DNA of 64,000 nucleotides from Isoptericola halotolerans. GTDB taxonomy: Bacteria; Actinomycetota; Actinomycetes; Actinomycetales; Cellulomonadaceae. The stretch lies in NCBI RefSeq assembly GCF_013149785.1, contig NZ_JABEZU010000005.1, forward strand, positions 1 through 64,000, written 5' to 3'. The translations under genes and the position numbers were made by a program. Below, piece by piece: positions 59,697-64,000 of this stretch (its first letter is position 1; every line of letters starts with the position of its first letter). A model generated the notes under the pieces. That model saw nothing but the letters and a program-made list of their open reading frames with translations, searched no databases and was not told the DNA's origin.

Positions 59697-60506
59697 TCAC
59701 TGCTCCTCGACGTAGCCGCCCTCGCCGGTGTCGCCGTCGTACCGGAAGACCCCGTCCTCGAACGTCAGGTCGATGCTGCTGCCGAGAGGTTCCTGCGCCA
59801 TGAGCAGCTCCTCGAGGTGCCGGGCGCGCTCGACGTACTCGTCGGCCGTCTGCTCGTCGACGCCGAACCGGGTGGCCAGCTCCATGTCTGTCATCAAGTA
59901 GAGGTAGGCCGACACGGCAGTCCGGTTGAACTCGTCGTCGGGGATCTGCTCCCACAGGTCGCCTGACTCACGCAGGAGCTTGACCTCGCTGATCCTCTGC
60001 TGCAGGAACAGCTCGACGTCGACCGCGGTGGCTCCGGGAGTCTCACCGTCCGTGTCGTCCGTGTTCGCGCCTTCACCGGGGGTGGGTGCTTCGATCGTGT
60101 CTTCGTCGACACCGGCCTCGTCGAGGCTCTGGGTGATCACCTCGGACCGATCCTGGACGGTCGTGCTGACGAACGCGTAGGTGGCGATCGAGATGGCGAC
60201 GGCCAGGACGACGGCCACGGCGGACAGGATGGTGCCGGTGAGCGCCATCCCCCTGCCGCCGGCGTTGCCTCGTGAGGCCTGGACGATCGCGATGATGCCG
60301 AGGACGACGCCGACCAGTCCGAGGAGGGCCGAGCCGATGTTGAGGAACGGGATCCAGCAGCCCAGGAGTGCGACGATGCCGAGCACCAGTGCCGTGATCG
60401 CCAAGCCCTTCCTCTCCGACGCCGGACGCGGCTGCAGCGGATCGTGCGGGCCGCCGGTGTAGGGGCTAGGCCGGCCTGTCTGAGCGTCGAACGTCGGCGT
60501 GCTCAT
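59697..60506 (-). CDS. DUF4190-like membrane protein with different, helical-looking C-terminal domain
   Basis: GLAITALVLGI...GRGMALTG; RBS AAGGAAG. Confidence 0.75.
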   Translation of the reverse strand: MSTPTFDAQTGRPSPYTGGPHDPLQPRPASERKGLAITALVLGIVALLGCWIPFLNIGSALLGLVGVVLGIIAIVQASRGNAGGRGMALTGTILSAVAVVLAVAISIATYAFVSTTVQDRSEVITQSLDEAGVDEDTIEAPTPGEGANTDDTDGETPGATAVDVELFLQQRISEVKLLRESGDLWEQIPDDEFNRTAVSAYLYLMTDMELATRFGVDEQTADEYVERARHLEELLMAQEPLGSSIDLTFEDGVFRYDGDTGEGGYVEEQ

Positions 60507-60619
60507 GCGGACTTCCTTCGTCACGGGGATCGAGCGACGAGGATACCGGGGAGTGGCATGCCGGCGGTGGGCCCGGGGCCACATGGTCGGCCCGGCAGCA
60601 GGCCCGTTAGCCTGGACCC

Positions 60620-61402
60620 GTGCGCATCGCGAGATTCACCACCGGCGACGACCCCCGCTTCGCCTTCGTGCAGACCGAGGGGGACACCACCTACCTGGCC
60701 GTGCTGAGCGGCGACCCGCTCTACATGCCGGCCATGCCGACGGGGGAGCGGGTCGAGCTGGGTGACGGCGTGCGCCTGCTCGCGCCCGTGATCCCGCGGT
60801 CCAAGGTCGTGGCCGTGGGTCGCAACTATCTGGACCACGTCCGCGAGATGGGCCACGAGCCGCCGACGGCGCCGCTGCTGTTCCTCAAGCCGAACACGTC
60901 CGTCGTGGGGCCCGACGACCCGATCGTGCTGCCCGACTGGACGCGCGAGGTCTCCTACGAGGCCGAGCTCGCCGTCGTGATCTCCAAGCTGTGCAAGGAC
61001 GTGGAGCCGGAGAACGCGCGCGCCTACGTGCTCGGCTACACGGTCGCGAACGACGTCACCGCGCGTGACGTCCAGCGCACCGACGACCAGTGGGCCCGCG
61101 CCAAGGGGTTCGACTCCTCCTGCCCGCTGGGACCGTGGATCGAGACGGACCTGGACCCCGAGGACGTCGGGGTGCGCTCGCGCGTCAACGGCGAGCGCCG
61201 GCAGGACGGCCGCACGAGCGAGATGGTCTTCGACGTCGAGCACCTGGTGTCCTACGCCTCGAAGGCGATGACCCTGCTTCCCGGGGACGTGCTGCTCACC
61301 GGCACCCCGGCAGGCGTCGGCATCGTGGACCACGGCGACCGGGTCGAGTGCGAGGTCGAGGGGATCGGCGTGCTCGCCAACCCCGTGGTGCGGCGCGACT
61401 GA
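60620..61402 (+). CDS. Fumarylacetoacetate hydrolase family protein
   Basis: GRNYLDH, FLKP, YEAELAVVI, ANDVTARD, AKGFD, LTGTPAGVG. Confidence 0.92.
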   Translation: MRIARFTTGDDPRFAFVQTEGDTTYLAVLSGDPLYMPAMPTGERVELGDGVRLLAPVIPRSKVVAVGRNYLDHVREMGHEPPTAPLLFLKPNTSVVGPDDPIVLPDWTREVSYEAELAVVISKLCKDVEPENARAYVLGYTVANDVTARDVQRTDDQWARAKGFDSSCPLGPWIETDLDPEDVGVRSRVNGERRQDGRTSEMVFDVEHLVSYASKAMTLLPGDVLLTGTPAGVGIVDHGDRVECEVEGIGVLANPVVRRD

Positions 61403-61412
61403 GACGGCCACC

Positions 61413-62090
61413 ATGCCGGGGTGCTGCGAGCCGCAGGGCTACGACCGGGTCTTCGACGACCGGGAGGCCCGGCGTGCTGCGCGGCGCTACCGCCGATCCG
61501 GGCTGACGGTGCTGCCGCGGCGAACGGTCGAGCTGTACCGCGCGGGGGAGGTCTCTGGTGCGACCCTGCTGGAGGTGGGTGCCGGCATCGGCGACTTCAC
61601 CGTGGAGATGATGCGGGCCGGCGTGGACCGTGCGACCTGCGTCGACCTGTCCGGCGCCTACGACCATGCCGCAGCCGAGCTTCTCACCGAGGCCGGACTG
61701 GCCGCCCGGGTGCAGCGGGTCGTGGGCGACCTGGCTGCGCAGCCCGACGCCGTCGAACCGGTCGACATCGTCGCCCTGCACAGCGTGGTGTGCTGCTACC
61801 CGGACGCGCGGCGTCTGCTGACGGCCGCGGCGTCACGAGCCAGGCGGTTCCTGGTGGTGTCCTTCCCGCGAGGCTGGTTGCGTCTCTGGGCTCCCGTGTC
61901 CAACATCTACCCGCGCCTGCGCGGCAGCGACTGGCGGTTCGTGGTGCATCCGCGCGAGACGATCCTGCAGGCCGCTGCCGATGCTGGGTTCGAGGTTCAG
62001 CGGATCGAGCGCCTCCGGGTCGACGAGCACGTGGTCCTCGTCCGGCTCGACGACACCGACCCCCGTCGGGCCACTACCCTGGACCCGTGA
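61413..62090 (+). CDS. SAM-dependent methyltransferase with two Cys-Cys pairs
   Basis: [22 protein letters not shown]-terminal MPGCC. Confidence 0.8.
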   Translation: MPGCCEPQGYDRVFDDREARRAARRYRRSGLTVLPRRTVELYRAGEVSGATLLEVGAGIGDFTVEMMRAGVDRATCVDLSGAYDHAAAELLTEAGLAARVQRVVGDLAAQPDAVEPVDIVALHSVVCCYPDARRLLTAAASRARRFLVVSFPRGWLRLWAPVSNIYPRLRGSDWRFVVHPRETILQAAADAGFEVQRIERLRVDEHVVLVRLDDTDPRRATTLDP

Positions 62091-63550
62091 ATCCCGCAGC
62101 AGCCTCTCCCGCACCCGCCTCGGCGGTCCGTGTCCGCTTCGCCCCGTCCCCGACGGGCATGTTCCACGTCGGCGGCGCCCGTTCGGCGCTGTTCAACTGG
62201 GCGGTCGCCAAGCAGACCGGCGGGACGTTCGTGCTGCGTATCGAGGACACCGACGCCTCGCGCAACAAGCCCGAGTGGGTGGACGGCATCCTGGCCGCGC
62301 ACGCTGCGCTCGGCATGCACGCCGACGACCCCACCTTCGAGGGCCCCTACTTCCAGTCGGCCAACGTCGACAAGCACGGTGAAGCACTCGAGCGCCTGCT
62401 CGTGGCGGACCGCGCCTACTTCTGCGACTGCACGCGTGACGACGTCGCCGAGCGGACCGGCAACAAGCAGTCCGGCTACGACGGGTTCTGCCGCGTGCGC
62501 GGCCTGGAGCGGGCACCGGGTCGCGCCCTGCGCTTCCGCACCCCCGACGACGGCGAGACGCAGGTCGTCGACCTCATCCGCGGCAACCCGAGCTTCCCGA
62601 ACGCCGCGATGGAGGACTTCGTCGTCGCGCGCGGCGACGGCTCGCCGGTGTTCCTGCTCGCGAACGTGGTCGACGACCTCGACGAGGGCATCACCCACGT
62701 GATCCGCGGCGAGGAGCACCTGCCGAACACCCCCAAGCAGCAGCTGCTGTGGGAGGCGCTCGGCGCCCAGCCGCCCGTGTGGGCGCACCTGCCGGTGATC
62801 GTCAACGAGAAGCGGCAGAAGCTCTCCAAGCGCCGCGACAAGGTGGCGCTCGAGGACTACCTCGCCGAGGGATACCTGCCGGCCGCGATGGTCAACTACC
62901 TCATGCTGCTGGGCTGGGCGCCCGGCAACGACGAGGAGATCCTGCCGTTCGACGAGATGATCTCCCGGTTCCGCATCGAGGACGTCAACTCCGCCTCGGC
63001 GTTCTTCGACCTCAAGAAGCTCGCCTCGTTCAACGGCGAGTACATCCGGGCGATGTCCGTCGAGGAGTTCGTCGCGGCCGTCGGTCCGTGGCTGCGGGCC
63101 CCGCGCGCACCCTGGGCCGAGGAGCAGTTCGACCCCGCCGCCTTCGCCGCTGTCGCGCCGCTCGCCCAGTCCCGGGTGGCGCTGCTCAGCGACATCACCA
63201 ACAACGTCGACTTCCTGTTCCTCGACGCGCCCGCTGAGGACGAGAAGTCCTGGAACAAGGCCATGAAGCCGGGCGCCGTCGAGCTGCTCACCGACGTGCG
63301 GGGCGTTCTCGCTGCGCTCGAGCCGTGGGAGGCCGAGCCGCTCAAGGACGCGGTCGCGGCCACGGGCGAGCAGCACGGGCTCAAGCTCGGCAAGGCGCAG
63401 GCCCCCGTGCGGGTCGCCGTCACCGGCCGGACCATCGGGCTGCCGCTCTTCGAGTCGCTCGAGGTGCTCGGCCGCGAGCGCACCCTCGGCCGCATCGACG
63501 CCGCCCTGGCACGTCTCGCCGAGAACCCGCCGCAGGCCCCCGCCCAGTGA
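62087..63550 (+). CDS. gltX: Glutamate--tRNA ligase
   Basis: [14 protein letters not shown] (HIGH), [22 protein letters not shown]. Confidence 0.95.
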   Translation: MNPAAASPAPASAVRVRFAPSPTGMFHVGGARSALFNWAVAKQTGGTFVLRIEDTDASRNKPEWVDGILAAHAALGMHADDPTFEGPYFQSANVDKHGEALERLLVADRAYFCDCTRDDVAERTGNKQSGYDGFCRVRGLERAPGRALRFRTPDDGETQVVDLIRGNPSFPNAAMEDFVVARGDGSPVFLLANVVDDLDEGITHVIRGEEHLPNTPKQQLLWEALGAQPPVWAHLPVIVNEKRQKLSKRRDKVALEDYLAEGYLPAAMVNYLMLLGWAPGNDEEILPFDEMISRFRIEDVNSASAFFDLKKLASFNGEYIRAMSVEEFVAAVGPWLRAPRAPWAEEQFDPAAFAAVAPLAQSRVALLSDITNNVDFLFLDAPAEDEKSWNKAMKPGAVELLTDVRGVLAALEPWEAEPLKDAVAATGEQHGLKLGKAQAPVRVAVTGRTIGLPLFESLEVLGRERTLGRIDAALARLAENPPQAPAQ

Positions 63551-64000
63551 CGGCCTTCGGGGCGGTCGGCGCCCGCGCCGACGGGGTGCTGCTGGACGCC
63601 GTCCTGCTGGACGTGGACGACACCCTCGTCGACACCCGGGGGGCGTTCGCCGCGGCGCTCGCGGCCGTCGCCGAGGCGCACCTGCCCGGTGACGTCGACC
63701 ACGCCGCGGTGCTGGAGCACTGGCGCGGCGACCCCGCGGGCCACTACCGGTCCTACACCCGCGGTGAGACGGACCACCGCACCCAGCGACGGCTCCGCGC
63801 CGACCTGCTGCACCGGACGTTCGGTGGGGCGCCGGTGGGCGAGGACGCCTTCGACGCCTGGGACGAGCTGTTCTGGGGCACCTTCGAGCGGTCCTGGCGT
63901 GCGTTCGACGACGCCGCACCGTTCGTGGCCGGTCTGCGGGACGCGGGGCTGCGCGTCGGTGTGGTGACGAATGCCGCGGTGGCGCTGCAGGAGCGCAAGC
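63547..64000 (+). CDS. HAD-family hydrolase (partial, runs off the window)
   Basis: [10 protein letters not shown] motif I and GVVTN motif II; GTGA overlap with gltX stop. Confidence 0.85.
   Translation, partial: MTAFGAVGARADGVLLDAVLLDVDDTLVDTRGAFAAALAAVAEAHLPGDVDHAAVLEHWRGDPAGHYRSYTRGETDHRTQRRLRADLLHRTFGGAPVGEDAFDAWDELFWGTFERSWRAFDDAAPFVAGLRDAGLRVGVVTNAAVALQERK

Noticed and set aside
61413..62090. Methyltransferase as BchM implying phototrophy
   Set aside because: Only generic motif resemblance; no bch/chl genes in the window.

Overview
High-GC actinobacterial chromosome window (gene content and order fit Micrococcales). It opens in the 3' part of a 5S rRNA gene, followed by gatCAB, an extended branched-chain amino acid region (two ilvD paralogs, ilvBNC, leuB, ilvE, cimA, with leader-peptide attenuators before ilvB and cimA), a peptidoglycan-sugar scavenging operon (RpiR/MurR, sugar ABC, nagZ, anmK, sodium:solute symporter, murQ, BadF-type kinase, FAD/Fe-S lactate dehydrogenase-like gene), assorted accessory genes, gltX, and a HAD hydrolase cut off by the window edge. 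The most unusual element is a ~2.7 kb lower-GC insert between the two ilvD genes. It encodes a STAND/ORC-CDC6-like P-loop NTPase ending in a zinc ribbon and an RNA polymerase alpha-CTD-like HhH module, translationally coupled to a HEPN-motif (R-x4-H) protein: a candidate undescribed two-gene anti-phage system. Second is a four-gene OleA-like/GT2/P450/OleC-like biosynthetic operon whose glycosyltransferase is frameshifted. I saw no transposase, integrase, tRNA or CRISPR array. All family calls come from reading motifs by eye, not from database searches.
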